Shown here in pieces: positions 51,121-61,037 of a stretch of 64,000 nucleotides of DNA. Within the stretch, counting starts at the first letter, position 1; every line of letters starts with the position of its first letter. Source of the DNA: Candidatus Poribacteria bacterium (GTDB lineage: Bacteria > Poribacteria > WGA-4E > WGA-3G); contig CBDANF010000003.1 in NCBI GenBank assembly GCA_965197475.1, positions 2,528,001-2,592,000 on the forward strand, given 5' to 3'. Position numbers and translations under genes: made by a program. The notes under the pieces were generated by a model. That model saw only the letters and a list, made by a program, of their open reading frames with translations, was not told where the DNA came from and searched no databases.

Positions 51121-51196
51121 GTAGGTCGGGTAGAGTTTACGAAACCCGACACGCTCAGTTTCTGTCAGGTTTCGCATGAGTTCTACCTGGCCTACG
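51121..51196. repeat. REP-like GTAG..CTAC palindromic element (second copy at 63357-63430)
   Basis: GTCGGGTAGAG..GAAACCCGACACGCT.AGTT.CTGTC.GGTTTC shared by both copies. Confidence 0.7.
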
Positions 51197-51272
51197 TATA
51201 AACTATTAGTATCACTCATTCTCTATAGTATGGGATGATGCATGTCTTAAATCTAATTTATATCATGAGTTT

Positions 51273-52930
51273 TCAGTCAAGTTGCTTGATATGACCCCAC
51301 AAAGTTGTCAATTTTCCAATCGGATCAACTGCGAAATTATCATCTATATCTATTTTTGAAATAGTAAAATCGTCAAAACTGGCAGCAGTTTCCCAAGTCC
51401 ATACACCAACTTTTCCTATTTCATAACTACCATGTAATTTTTCTATTTGCTTCTTACCATTGATATAACATATAAACTTATCTTCAAGCACTTCTACAGT
51501 AACATTAAACCAAACATTATTCTTAATATGAACTCCACCAACTGCAAATGTCCACGCAATTTCTTGTCGGTTGTCCCACGCACCTGCATTGTGTTTCCAT
51601 AATTCACTTCTGTTATCAAGTGTATTCAGATAATAAACGTAATACTCCATCTCACTCTTGGCACGGAATACGATACCTGCCCAATGAATATCATCTATAC
51701 GGACTTTGGCATCTATAGTATAGTTTTTCCAGTCTGATTGGCCGACCAAAGAATGCTCAGCTTTACCACCACGACTAACTTTATATAATCCATTATCTAC
51801 TGACTAGTTTCCGTTAGCAACTTTCCAACCCTTAGCGTCCTTTTCAAAATTCCACGACTGTGTGCCGTTGTTTATATAATCTTTATATATAACTTCTTCG
51901 GGTTCAGGATCTGGTTCGGGTTCAGGATCAGGCAACTTGTCTGGCATCCTGTAATTTTGATTGTGCCACTGCCAATTTCCATCTATATCCATAGTCTGCA
52001 CCCAGATAATACCATCGTTTAATAAAAACTTCCGTTCTACATCTATAACAGATACATTTCTTCTTCCCTTAATAAACTCCCACCCCACAGTGTTTGTATC
52101 ATCCCGGAAAAGGTATACCTGATACATACCCTCGTTATCACTTAAATCAATCTTAAATCTTACGTAGTGCTTGCGGTCTTTAATAAGTGCTTCTGCTGGA
52201 AAAAGATTTGATATTCTTGGCGACCTACTGAAACTATGGTCGTCCCTAAAATAATGTGAGTTTGACAACCACATTGCTTCATGCAAGAAAAATTTTCTTC
52301 CAGATCCCATGATGTAATCTTTTGGATCAGTTAATACAATATGCCATAAACCAAAAACATGTCCTAATTCATGCATGATAACACGCTCTACTCTTGGACT
52401 ATCTGAATTACGATCAGAAAGTATTACATAACCATGATACTCATCATCTCAGACCATCCGTCAGGACCTGCTTTGCCCATTCCTAAAGCACGACCAAACT
52501 GAACACCTCTTAATCCAGCCATCACAATAACTATGACATGCTTTTTTGTATTAAAATGGTTCGGCAGTTCTTGTTTAACCAAATCCAAAGTATCATGAGT
52601 ATAATAATGATTCTTATCATGCTTGCCGTTTAACTTATGAATTATAACACGATCGCCGTCATTCTCTAATTTAAAAGTTTTATTCGGAAACCCATTACGA
52701 TTCAATTCGTCTCTATATACCGACTGGACGTTCTTCATTATTTCAGGCAAACCTAACTTTTCAGAGTCGTCTACACTATCGTTTGCAATGAAATATACGA
52801 CACGAACAGAATAAGGTTCTAATGATGAGGCAGCTAACGGAATAATAAAAAATAAGAGTAAAAATACAAAAAAACCGATTAGACTGCTCTCCTTAATACG
52901 TAAAGCATCGATGAACGGAAACATTGACAA
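51273..52930 (-). pseudogene. Secreted zinc metalloprotease + lectin/DUF1080-like domain, disrupted
   Basis: Paralog of 11355-12914; frameshift near 52450, in-frame TAG at 51804-51806; HELGHVFGLWH; C-terminal AVDPIGKLTTLWGHIK. Confidence 0.8.
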
Positions 52931-52963
52931 TACTCCTCTGTTGTTTGACTTGAAAGTGTGTAT

Positions 52964-53110
52964 TGAAGTGGCATCGTTAATTTAGACCCGAAATCAGTAA
53001 AGTTAAGACAAGTGTTGTTGCTCAAATTCAACAAGTGTCAAATACCTTAACGCCGAGTGAGGTTGTTTCTGGTTATACACCTGTCCGATAAAATGTCCGA
53101 TGGCACTACA
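52964..53110 (-). mobile_element. Miniature IS3-like derivative
   Basis: TIRs TGAAGTGGCATCG / CGATGGCACTACA enclosing integrase C-terminus YNQKQPHSALRYLT.VEFE. Confidence 0.7.
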
Positions 53111-53120
53111 AGGTGTATAG

Positions 53121-53927
53121 TTACACCGCATCCAACGCTGGCGTATTATTCTGACAATAAACCGGACGAAAGAGCGTCTTGCGTTTGAACGGCATCTCTT
53201 CAACGTGTTTCGGGTGCGGTTCCCATCTGTGCCATTTGTTGCCAACGGTATTATAGCAGTTGAAAATAGCGACCCGGTCAAATGTGTCGTCTGTCCATTT
53301 TGCACCGGTATGTGTAATTGCCTCAGTGAAAATTAGGACTGATCCTGCTGGACAACTATAATCCTCCCACAATGGGGAATTTCGGTCTGCTGTTGATTTT
53401 GGCGAAGGAAACGCCCCTTTGTGGCTGCCTGTCAGGAACATCGTTCCACCACCCCGTTCTTTAACAGGATTGAGTTCCCATACAACCCGCGTTAAACCAC
53501 TATGTGCTCTGTCGTGGTGTAGGTGATATGTATGTGAATTACCGGGGAAGTTGAGCATTCCACGCCCACCGTGGGGTTGGAAGTTATCGTTACCGTTTGC
53601 TCGAATTGTAAGGAATGTGCCTTCCAAACGGAAACCGTAGCAGTTTTCGTTGGCATAACCGGATGTCAAAAATTCGTTCATAAAACCGAACACAACCGGA
53701 TGGTCGGTCAACGATTCTAAGGGACCTCCGATTGAAGAGCGATGGTGTTCTGGAATTGACTCCGGTTCCTGTTTAAGTTGATAGCAGAACTCACGCATCT
53801 CTTTAATTTCGGTTTCACTTAACACACTGGGAAACAGAAGCCATCCACGAGTATCGAAGAGAAAACACTGCTCCTCTGTCATCGGGATTGGCGGTATATT
53901 GTCAGCATTCGTTGTGGGATTTGGCAT
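53121..53927 (-). CDS. Phytanoyl-CoA dioxygenase-family protein
   Basis: FLFDTRGW, GGGTMFLTGSHK, PAGSVLIFTEA.TH; HGG rather than HxD. Confidence 0.8.
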   Translation of the reverse strand: MPNPTTNADNIPPIPMTEEQCFLFDTRGWLLFPSVLSETEIKEMREFCYQLKQEPESIPEHHRSSIGGPLESLTDHPVVFGFMNEFLTSGYANENCYGFRLEGTFLTIRANGNDNFQPHGGRGMLNFPGNSHTYHLHHDRAHSGLTRVVWELNPVKERGGGTMFLTGSHKGAFPSPKSTADRNSPLWEDYSCPAGSVLIFTEAITHTGAKWTDDTFDRVAIFNCYNTVGNKWHRWEPHPKHVEEMPFKRKTLFRPVYCQNNTPALDAV

Positions 53928-54000
53928 AAAATTCTCCGCTATAAACATTACACCACATAGGGTGAATTTCTTTATTTTTAATTTCTACATTGAGAGTGCT

Positions 54001-55176
54001 TTATGTCTTTTCTTGTCCATATAAACGTTCGTCTTCTTGTGATAACCAGGGGCCGTAATCGCGCGGCATCTCTTTAGGTGCCCCAAGTCCATTTTCATCG
54101 CGCCATCTGAGCAAAGAATGCACCCGATTTTTCTGTGGCAGTTCTACCCGTGTTCCATAAATTGCAGACTCGAAAATACCCATTAAAACCTCAATCACAT
54201 GACGACCTTCTTCACCACTGCATTCGTGTTCACGGTCTTCGTCCAACGCATTCACATATTCGTCAACAATGCAGTAATCATCAGGGTTTGCGCCACTGTT
54301 TTTGTCAAAATTCTCAGGATAGGTTGATGTGAGTTTCTCCCATCGGTCATGCGTGCCATCAGGCACAAAGTGCGGTGTAGGTAACCACCACGAACCTTTC
54401 AATTCAGACCAGAATAATCTGCCTTCAGTGCCGTAAAGTTCAAGCACATAAGCGTCGGTATCTACTTTCGGAAAACGGTGTTGAATTAGCGTTCCCGTTA
54501 CATTATTGTCAAATTGAAGTGCTGAAGTCGTATATTCACCTGCGACTGTTCCCATGCCCGCGGGTGATGGGAGGACATCCTCAGGTATAAGTTCGCGTCC
54601 ACCTGCTGTTGCCTGCGTCATTATACTTCTACAGTGTCCACCGAAACGGAGCATGTTGTTAACGACATGTGTCCCAATGTTCATCAATCCGTAGCCAGCG
54701 TAATACCCTTTACCACTCGCGTAGATATAGCGCAAATCACCGATTTTACCATCATCAAGTGCTTTGGCAACTGCCTGCATCGTGGGGCTGACACGTCTTT
54801 GATGATGCACAACGACACGCGCGTTTTTCTCTTCTGCTTTTGCCATTATTGCATCTGCTTGAACTAAATCAACGCAAAGCGGTTTTTCGACCTCAATGTT
54901 CACACCGTGTTCAAGCACACGCATGCAGAGCGGATAGTGCGCGTCTGTTGCTGTCGGTATCGCCACAATATCGGGGGTGATCTTACGAATCATTTCATCT
55001 AAATCAGTGAAATGTGTAGAAACGTTCACGATCTTGCCGAGTGCGTCTAACCGTTCCTGCACGAGGTCGCAGAGAGCGACGATTTCTGTGCGCGGGTGAG
55101 CGTGGTATGCTTTTGCTGCAGAAGTGCCTCGGCTACGGCATCCTAATATTGCGACACGATAGTTTTTCATAGGCAT
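54001..55176 (-). CDS. Gfo/Idh/MocA oxidoreductase
   Basis: VAILGC..RG, EKPL, GTH, YGTEG. Confidence 0.9.
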   Translation of the reverse strand: MPMKNYRVAILGCRSRGTSAAKAYHAHPRTEIVALCDLVQERLDALGKIVNVSTHFTDLDEMIRKITPDIVAIPTATDAHYPLCMRVLEHGVNIEVEKPLCVDLVQADAIMAKAEEKNARVVVHHQRRVSPTMQAVAKALDDGKIGDLRYIYASGKGYYAGYGLMNIGTHVVNNMLRFGGHCRSIMTQATAGGRELIPEDVLPSPAGMGTVAGEYTTSALQFDNNVTGTLIQHRFPKVDTDAYVLELYGTEGRLFWSELKGSWWLPTPHFVPDGTHDRWEKLTSTYPENFDKNSGANPDDYCIVDEYVNALDEDREHECSGEEGRHVIEVLMGIFESAIYGTRVELPQKNRVHSLLRWRDENGLGAPKEMPRDYGPWLSQEDERLYGQEKT

Positions 55177-55320
55177 TTGCCAAATTTCCCTCATATACGG
55201 TGAAATTTGCCTTTTGCTTAACATTCTCCAGAAATATTAAACTTGCAACGCTATTTCGTTTAATATTAACCTATTTTGTGGACACTGTCAAGTTTTAATC
55301 TGATGGAAACTCGGTTTTGA

Positions 55321-55349
55321 TTGACATATTATCAATTTGTTGGTATAAT
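55321..55349 (+). promoter_or_regulatory. Consensus sigma70 promoter
   Basis: TTGACA-N17-TATAAT with extended TG. Confidence 0.7.
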
Positions 55350-55415
55350 GTGACTAACAACATGATTTGGTATTGACCAGCGAGGTCATACGATTTAATT
55401 TGGAGGTACAGATAG

Positions 55416-56018
55416 ATGTTATATCAAGTTTCCGATCAGATTTTTAGAAATTTTTTGAATGCAAATAAATTCGTGCTAATACTCTTGGCAGTTGTCTTAA
55501 TATTCGGTTGTAATCAAAACCGTGGGAAGGATTTCATCAAATTAGACGCACCATTGGAAGAGGTGTTGCCTCAAATCGTTCTTATTGCTCCGGAGCAGCA
55601 GGACAAAAATGGGCAACCGTTAGAAATTACCGTGGGTAGCACATTTAGTGGTGAAGGCGAGTATGGTATTGGTGACGGTGAAACTCACGGATTTAGATGG
55701 ACATTTTTCAATCAACATGCTGTTGAAGGAAATAGATATATCTTTGCCGTAACTTCGTATAATTGGGGTGGAAGCGGGACTTTTTATTACCTTACTGTGG
55801 TGGATAAAACAACGCTCAAAAGTGTAAGTGAAGTTCTTCTTGGGGATCGCGTGAAAATCGAAAGCGTCGCGTTGACTGCTCCTAACACAGATAGTGTGTC
55901 TGTCAACTATATGGATAGAGAATCAGGAACAGCAATGGCTGATACCCCTGATAAGGCAGTAGAAAAACACTTTAAAATGGATCAAGAGCAACTTAAGGAA
56001 ATGTCACCTAAAAATTAG
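55416..56018 (+). CDS. Hypothetical lipoprotein
   Basis: GGAGG RBS, lipobox IFGC, N.GGSGTFYYL..LGDRVKI. Confidence 0.75.
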   Translation: MLYQVSDQIFRNFLNANKFVLILLAVVLIFGCNQNRGKDFIKLDAPLEEVLPQIVLIAPEQQDKNGQPLEITVGSTFSGEGEYGIGDGETHGFRWTFFNQHAVEGNRYIFAVTSYNWGGSGTFYYLTVVDKTTLKSVSEVLLGDRVKIESVALTAPNTDSVSVNYMDRESGTAMADTPDKAVEKHFKMDQEQLKEMSPKN

Positions 56019-56147
56019 GATGTGTATTGCTTGATGCATAGTAGTAGTCACGCTCCATCGTGCCGTAACTTTATTCGGCGGGGCACAGAAACCCTGCCCT
56101 ACAGTAAAGTAGAATCTGATGCCGATTAGGAAAGAACTCACCTAACA

Positions 56148-57418
56148 TTACCAATGTGCATGCACAGGGGTTTCTCGCACCTTTTCAAACAGGTCTGCCC
56201 ATTCCTGAGAACCGTCGTCAAAGGTGAGTTCAAGCCGCGCGCCTTCAAAGTATGCATCCCCGTTCCCAGCATTGAAATAACTCAAGCCATCGCCTGCCAT
56301 GTGGATACAACTTCCATCAGGATAGACCGCTGTTTTGAGTATCCGTGGGTGTGGGTGGATAGTATATCCATCAGCATCTAATTTTTCAGCGGGAACACGA
56401 AAACGTTCAATTGCTTCTTCGTCAACCTCAACGCCTAATCCGGGTGTATCGGGGACGACGTGGCAGCCATCTGTAACTTGGATCGGTTTCGTGAGCAGAT
56501 GTTCACTGTAAAGATTGATGCATGTGATTGCTGGCCAAGTAGCATGGGTAAGTACACTTCCAAGATGCGCAGCCCAGGTGGTCGTCAATCCGTTGCCCAC
56601 GATTTGAAGCCAAAATGGCATATCTGCAGCTGCGCTGAGGTATCCATCACGTATCGTCTGAGATTTGCCACCGCCGATGACAAAACCGTCACATACATCT
56701 TCACGAATACATGTGGTATAGGGCGGTGACCCGAAGTGCATCGCAATCGGACAATCAACGTTTTCACGAATCTTTTTATTGCCCTCAACATCGTTTTGCG
56801 GAATTGGAGATTCAAAGATCGCTACGTTCGGATGTGCGGCGAGTTTTCGCAAAATTGGAATAGCGGTGGCAGCATCGCGCAATGAGCTGTTCGGGTCTAA
56901 GTCCAGTTGAAGTCAGCAGGGACAACTTCTGCGACTGCCTCTACTTGCTTAACAGTATTCCACCATGGGCGCGGTTTGTTTTTGAAGCTGGTATAGCCGT
57001 TTGCCACAGCATCTGCTGCTTCAGATGCCCAGTTTTCTGGTGATGAATCAATGCACCACCATGAGATAGGCACGGTGTCGCGACAATGTGTTCCGATGAG
57101 TCGATAAATCGGCACCTCCAAAATTTTACCGACAACATCAAAGAGTGCCATCTGCAGCCCTGCACCGAGTGAATCATCGTTCATGTGTGCAGCAGGGTTT
57201 TCACCAAGTACGCGTTGCACGCTTTCGTCCGTCACGCGGCGATAAGTATAGTGGATAACGGTTTCACCCCACCCGACATGTCCAGTATCTGTCGTGACCT
57301 TGCAGAGTTCAAGGAGTGACCAGTTGTAGACGGTGGACACGCTTTGGGTGGTAATTTCCTGTTGGCGCGGGGTGAAGGGGACATCAACAAGAACACGTTC
57401 TATATTTGTGACTTTCAT
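56148..57418 (-). pseudogene. Mandelate racemase/muconate lactonizing enzyme, single frameshift
   Basis: N-half (GWGE, MALFDVVGK, KNKP) and C-half (FESP, PGLGVEVD) joined by +1 nt near 56908. Confidence 0.8.
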
Positions 57419-57448
57419 GGGTAAACTCCTAAGGTAAGGCGAACTCAC

Positions 57449-57618
57449 TACAGCGTATCTCATAAATACGATATCGTTAAGTTCAGTTTGATTTATCCAA
57501 TGTTTGTCTGTTAGTCCATAGTATTGTAGGGCGGGTCCCTATGCCTTCTATTTTTCCTTGCTAAGAAACGACGAGGCACAGGGACCTCGCCCTACAAGTG
57601 ATTTATGAAATAGATTAA
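57449..57618. mobile_element. MITE with internal REP pair (copy 1)
   Basis: TA-CAGCGTATCTCATAAAT ... ATTTATGAAATAG ends; GTAGGGCG..CGCCCTAC inside. Confidence 0.6.
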
Positions 57619-57659
57619 AATGAGGCACTCACAATAGTAGAAGCGAAACAACGACCTAC

Positions 57660-58049
57660 CTAACTCAATTTCACTGCAGTTCCGTACATCTGAAGATAAA
57701 AGTATTGAAAGCTATTTGTATCCAAGTCAATATCTTGCCGCATACTTATAATAGCGTTTGCTTCTAAGAGTGCTGCACGTTTTTTCAGTTCTTCAACTGA
57801 AACGAAAAATGCTTTCTCAAAATCACTCTGACCCACACTCCACTCACCGTACAAAAATCCCCAATCGGCCCGATCCTTTCCCATTTGACCGCTTCTTTTC
57901 ATATCTATGATTTCTGCTTCGTATTGTTTGACGAGTTTAGAAAGGGCATTTGAGAAAATCCCTTTATTTGAGATCTGAAAGTAAACAGGACCAATAATCT
58001 GATAATCCTGTTTAATATCCCCAGTTGTTACAAGAATGTCGCTTCTCAT
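57660..58049 (-). CDS. YbjQ/heavy-metal-binding-like protein
   Basis: VTTGDI...Y.IIGPV; EL...A..L.ANAII.MR.D; YGTAVK. Confidence 0.75.
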   Translation of the reverse strand: MRSDILVTTGDIKQDYQIIGPVYFQISNKGIFSNALSKLVKQYEAEIIDMKRSGQMGKDRADWGFLYGEWSVGQSDFEKAFFVSVEELKKRAALLEANAIISMRQDIDLDTNSFQYFYLQMYGTAVKLS

Positions 58050-58308
58050 TTTTACCTCCAAAATTATTACGCAATAAGTAGTTTTGGACTTGCAACAAAC
58101 ATGTAAAAATCGCTACAAACACAGATGTAGACTACATTTCCACTTGTTTTAATTGTGCAACTATGATACAATATAGATAAGAAAGTAGGGGGTTGGTAGC
58201 CCCCTAAATGAACACAAAAAGCGAGTTGCTTTTTGACGGTTCTAATCTTATCTGGTATTATATCAGAAATCCGTCAGAAAAAGCAACTCCTATTTCAAGG
58301 AGTATCTG

Positions 58309-59193
58309 ATGGATTTATTGAAGGTAATGGAGCGTTTTCCTGACCAAGAAGCATGTATTGAGCATTTGGAATATATTCGGTGGCGTGGTGAACCAAGATG
58401 TCCGCATTGTGATAGTCTAAACGTTGCGGAACGGACAGAGACGGAATTGGGACGCATCGGACGCTGGCAATGCCATGATTGCACTGCTACTTTCAAGGTG
58501 ACGTGTGGCACGGTGTTTCACGGGACAAAGATAGCACTTCAGAAGTGGTTTTTGGCGATCTCGTTGATTGTGAATGCGAAGAAGTCGTTATCCAGTTACC
58601 AGTTGAGTCGTGATTTAGACTTGAATCAGAAAACTGCATGGTTTATAATGACTCGTATCCGTGCTGAAATGGCAAAGAAAGGTAGCAACGTGCTATTACA
58701 AGGCATCATAGAGGCTGATGAAACTTACATCGGGGGTAAACCTCGCAAGCCGAACAAGAAAGCAGATGCGGAGCCTGCCAAGCGTGGTCGTGGCACTGAT
58801 AAAGACGCAATCATCGGGGCTGTCCAACGCGGTGGGAAAGTTGTAGCACAACTTGCAAGGGATTTGACAGGACGGACTATTTTAGACTTTATCCGAAGAG
58901 CCGTGAAAGTTCAGGATTCGGAGTTGATGACCGATGAATATAATGCTTATCTCGCACTCGGTAGAGATATGAAGCATCATATCATCAATCATCAAGAGCA
59001 ATTTGTTGACGGTGATGTCCACACAAACACGATTGAGGGGTTTTGGTCGCTTCTCAAACGCGCTTGGTATGGTTCACATCACCACTATTGGACTGAATAT
59101 ACGCCCCTGTATGTCGCAGAGGCGTGCTACAAGTATAACTATAGGAGCATTGACAGCATCTTTGATAAGTTTGTTAATGAGAGTATGAGATGA
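58309..59193 (+). CDS. IS1595-family transposase
   Basis: CPHC..CHDC zinc ribbon, EADETYIGG, MTDE..AY, NH, HTNTIEGFWSLLKR, Y..E..YKYN. Confidence 0.96.
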   Translation: MDLLKVMERFPDQEACIEHLEYIRWRGEPRCPHCDSLNVAERTETELGRIGRWQCHDCTATFKVTCGTVFHGTKIALQKWFLAISLIVNAKKSLSSYQLSRDLDLNQKTAWFIMTRIRAEMAKKGSNVLLQGIIEADETYIGGKPRKPNKKADAEPAKRGRGTDKDAIIGAVQRGGKVVAQLARDLTGRTILDFIRRAVKVQDSELMTDEYNAYLALGRDMKHHIINHQEQFVDGDVHTNTIEGFWSLLKRAWYGSHHHYWTEYTPLYVAEACYKYNYRSIDSIFDKFVNESMR

Positions 59194-59199
59194 GTGAAA

Positions 59200-59535
59200 C
59201 TAAAGGTACCCAGGGCGTTTCTTTGCATGATCCGCGGGTTCAGGCGGTGCTTGCAGCACAGATGGCGGAAGCTCGAATGTCTTTTGATCCGAATTCAAAG
59301 CTTCGAGAATATTTTGGAACAATGTATAGCAATCTGACTCGGATTGGAAGATGCCCAAATTGTAGAGAAAAGTTGATTGGTTCGATCCATGAGCGTCTAC
59401 ATGTTTCAACAGAGTCAGATTGAACAAGTTTGATTCGTTGTTCTTGATGATCACAATTTCATCATAAATATTAAGATTTACGGCTAATGGACAAAATCCA
59501 GTGATTTGTTCAGGTTTTGGAAATATGATTAACAT
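59200..59535 (-). CDS. Hypothetical passenger protein
   Basis: AAAGGA RBS before MLIIFPKPE. Confidence 0.55.
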   Translation of the reverse strand: MLIIFPKPEQITGFCPLAVNLNIYDEIVIIKNNESNLFNLTLLKHVDAHGSNQSTFLYNLGIFQSESDCYTLFQNILEALNSDQKTFELPPSVLQAPPEPADHAKKRPGYL

Positions 59536-59583
59536 GATAGTTCCTTTGTGAGTTAGAGGGGACAGGGGCACCTCGTTGTTGGG

Positions 59584-59820
59584 TTAGTCTGTTTTCTTTC
59601 GGTTTACATACCGTTTGATACACCAAGCGGTGAATCTTGCCGACAGAAAAATAATAGGTATGCCGACAATTTGGGCTACCAATGCTACTAATGCGTATTC
59701 TCGAGCACCGAGAACAGTGACTATAGATCCAATGATAGCGAAAAACAAAAGCCAGTTTTTCAACGTGTATTTTTGCTTATAGTAAGCAAATACAAGAAGT
59801 GGCCACACTAAAAGTACCAT
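59584..59820 (-). CDS. Small membrane passenger protein
   Basis: 78 aa, 2-3 hydrophobic segments, AAGGGA RBS. Confidence 0.6.
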   Translation of the reverse strand: MVLLVWPLLVFAYYKQKYTLKNWLLFFAIIGSIVTVLGAREYALVALVAQIVGIPIIFLSARFTAWCIKRYVNRKKTD

Positions 59821-60143
59821 GATATTCCCTTATGGTAAGGGTTGTACGTGTTTTGTTTATAGGATCACGTTGTTTAACCTTAACGTTGTTCCCGATCTCA
59901 TTCGGTTTGGTAGGGACTGCCTCAAGCGAGACAGATGAGATTCCCTACCAACAACGTTAGGATAGTATAACATGTGGGAGAAAAGAGAGTCAAGTGAAAA
60001 ATTCAATGGCTTGTTGCAAGTCCAAAACTACTTATTGCGAAGTGAAAAATCAACAGGATCGGAAGGCGGCTTGAATATTACCCACATGGGTTTAGTCTCC
60101 TTTGGGGTTAGAGGGGACAGAGTCCCCTCGTTGGTTGGAATTG

Positions 60144-60533
60144 CTAATACCCGTATGGAGAATCAGCAGCTGAAATTAAAATTATCCAAAGTCCCACCAT
60201 AGTGCCAGTTCCAATAACACATCCTATTGTAGCATGTGTTATTTGGTCGTTTTTCACAAGTTTTTGATAAATGCTTGTGTAATAAGCAACATATTCTGGT
60301 GATTTTCCAAGCAATTTTTCTGGTAGTACCGTTGGTGTGACAACATACGCAATTAACATACCGGTAACACCAAGTAGACAACCAACAGTTCCCCATATTT
60401 GAGTGTTTGCAAGTGTTGCATCACGTCGTGCATCAAATATTGCTTGCGCAGCATCACTTGTTTGTTGTGCAAGTGTGAGATATGGCGTAGTGAATAACAT
60501 CACAACCATTATAAACGACAAAGTTTTCATCAA
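60144..60533 (-). CDS. Hypothetical exported/membrane protein
   Basis: Signal peptide; P.KLLGKSPEYVAYYT..Y motif; AAAGGA RBS. Confidence 0.7.
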   Translation of the reverse strand: MMKTLSFIMVVMLFTTPYLTLAQQTSDAAQAIFDARRDATLANTQIWGTVGCLLGVTGMLIAYVVTPTVLPEKLLGKSPEYVAYYTSIYQKLVKNDQITHATIGCVIGTGTMVGLWIILISAADSPYGY

Positions 60534-60600
60534 TGTTCCTTTTGTGAGGTAAAATGTGTATGTAGGGGATCAAAAGACCCCCTACATGTTTGCAAGCGGA

Positions 60601-60732
60601 TTATTTACACCGCTTGTGAGGTTTGACAGTTTCTTTCACCGTTGTGGCGGGACGGCGTTTGTCCGTGCCTTTGGGAAGGAACCGTCCGTCTTTGGCATCG
60701 CGTACACGCGTGCCAGTGGCTTTTTTAGCCAT
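60601..60732 (-). CDS. Small basic protein (RDAKDGRF..RPATTVKE family)
   Basis: GAGG RBS before MAKKATGTRVRDAKDGRF. Confidence 0.6.
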   Translation of the reverse strand: MAKKATGTRVRDAKDGRFLPKGTDKRRPATTVKETVKPHKRCK

Positions 60733-60924
60733 AGTATACCTCACTTTGCTTGAGATAAATTGGTGCATAGCGTATTTCCAGTGCGTTATGCACTGTTCAA
60801 GCATATAAAATTGATACGTTAAACGGGTATCGTTCGTAGGTTCGTTTACACCTTTCTATGGGTGAGGGCAGGACACAACACAAGGAGTGTTGCGATAGAA
60901 ATCCTGCCCAACGAACTTGAGAAT

Positions 60925-61000
60925 AGTATAACATGGAAAGAATTTGAGTGTCAAGTGAAAAATTTGAGAAAAAATTTCAAGTCCAAAACTACTCATTGCG
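60925..61000. repeat. Second IS1595-type right end with inward promoter
   Basis: CAAGTCCAAAACTACTCATTGCG plus subterminal AGTATAACATG..GTCAAGTGAAAAATT shared with 59964-60039. Confidence 0.8.
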
Positions 61001-61037
61001 TTATCTTTTATCATTATCCAAAAATAAAGGTATACTT

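Larger units (their letters stand above)
58070..60039 (+). mobile_element. IS1595-family transporter element
   Basis: Perfect 29-bp TIR CGCAATAAGTAGTTTTGGACTTGCAACAA / TTGTTGCAAGTCCAAAACTACTTATTGCG; transposase plus passenger genes. Confidence 0.9.

Noticed and set aside
56895-56915. Programmed frameshift in the enolase-family gene
   Set aside because: No slippery heptamer; a single-base loss (mutation or sequencing error) is simpler
59190-59423. 77-aa plus-strand ORF coupled to the IS1595 transposase
   Set aside because: Overlaps an antisense ORF that has a better RBS; cannot decide from sequence, so not listed as a feature
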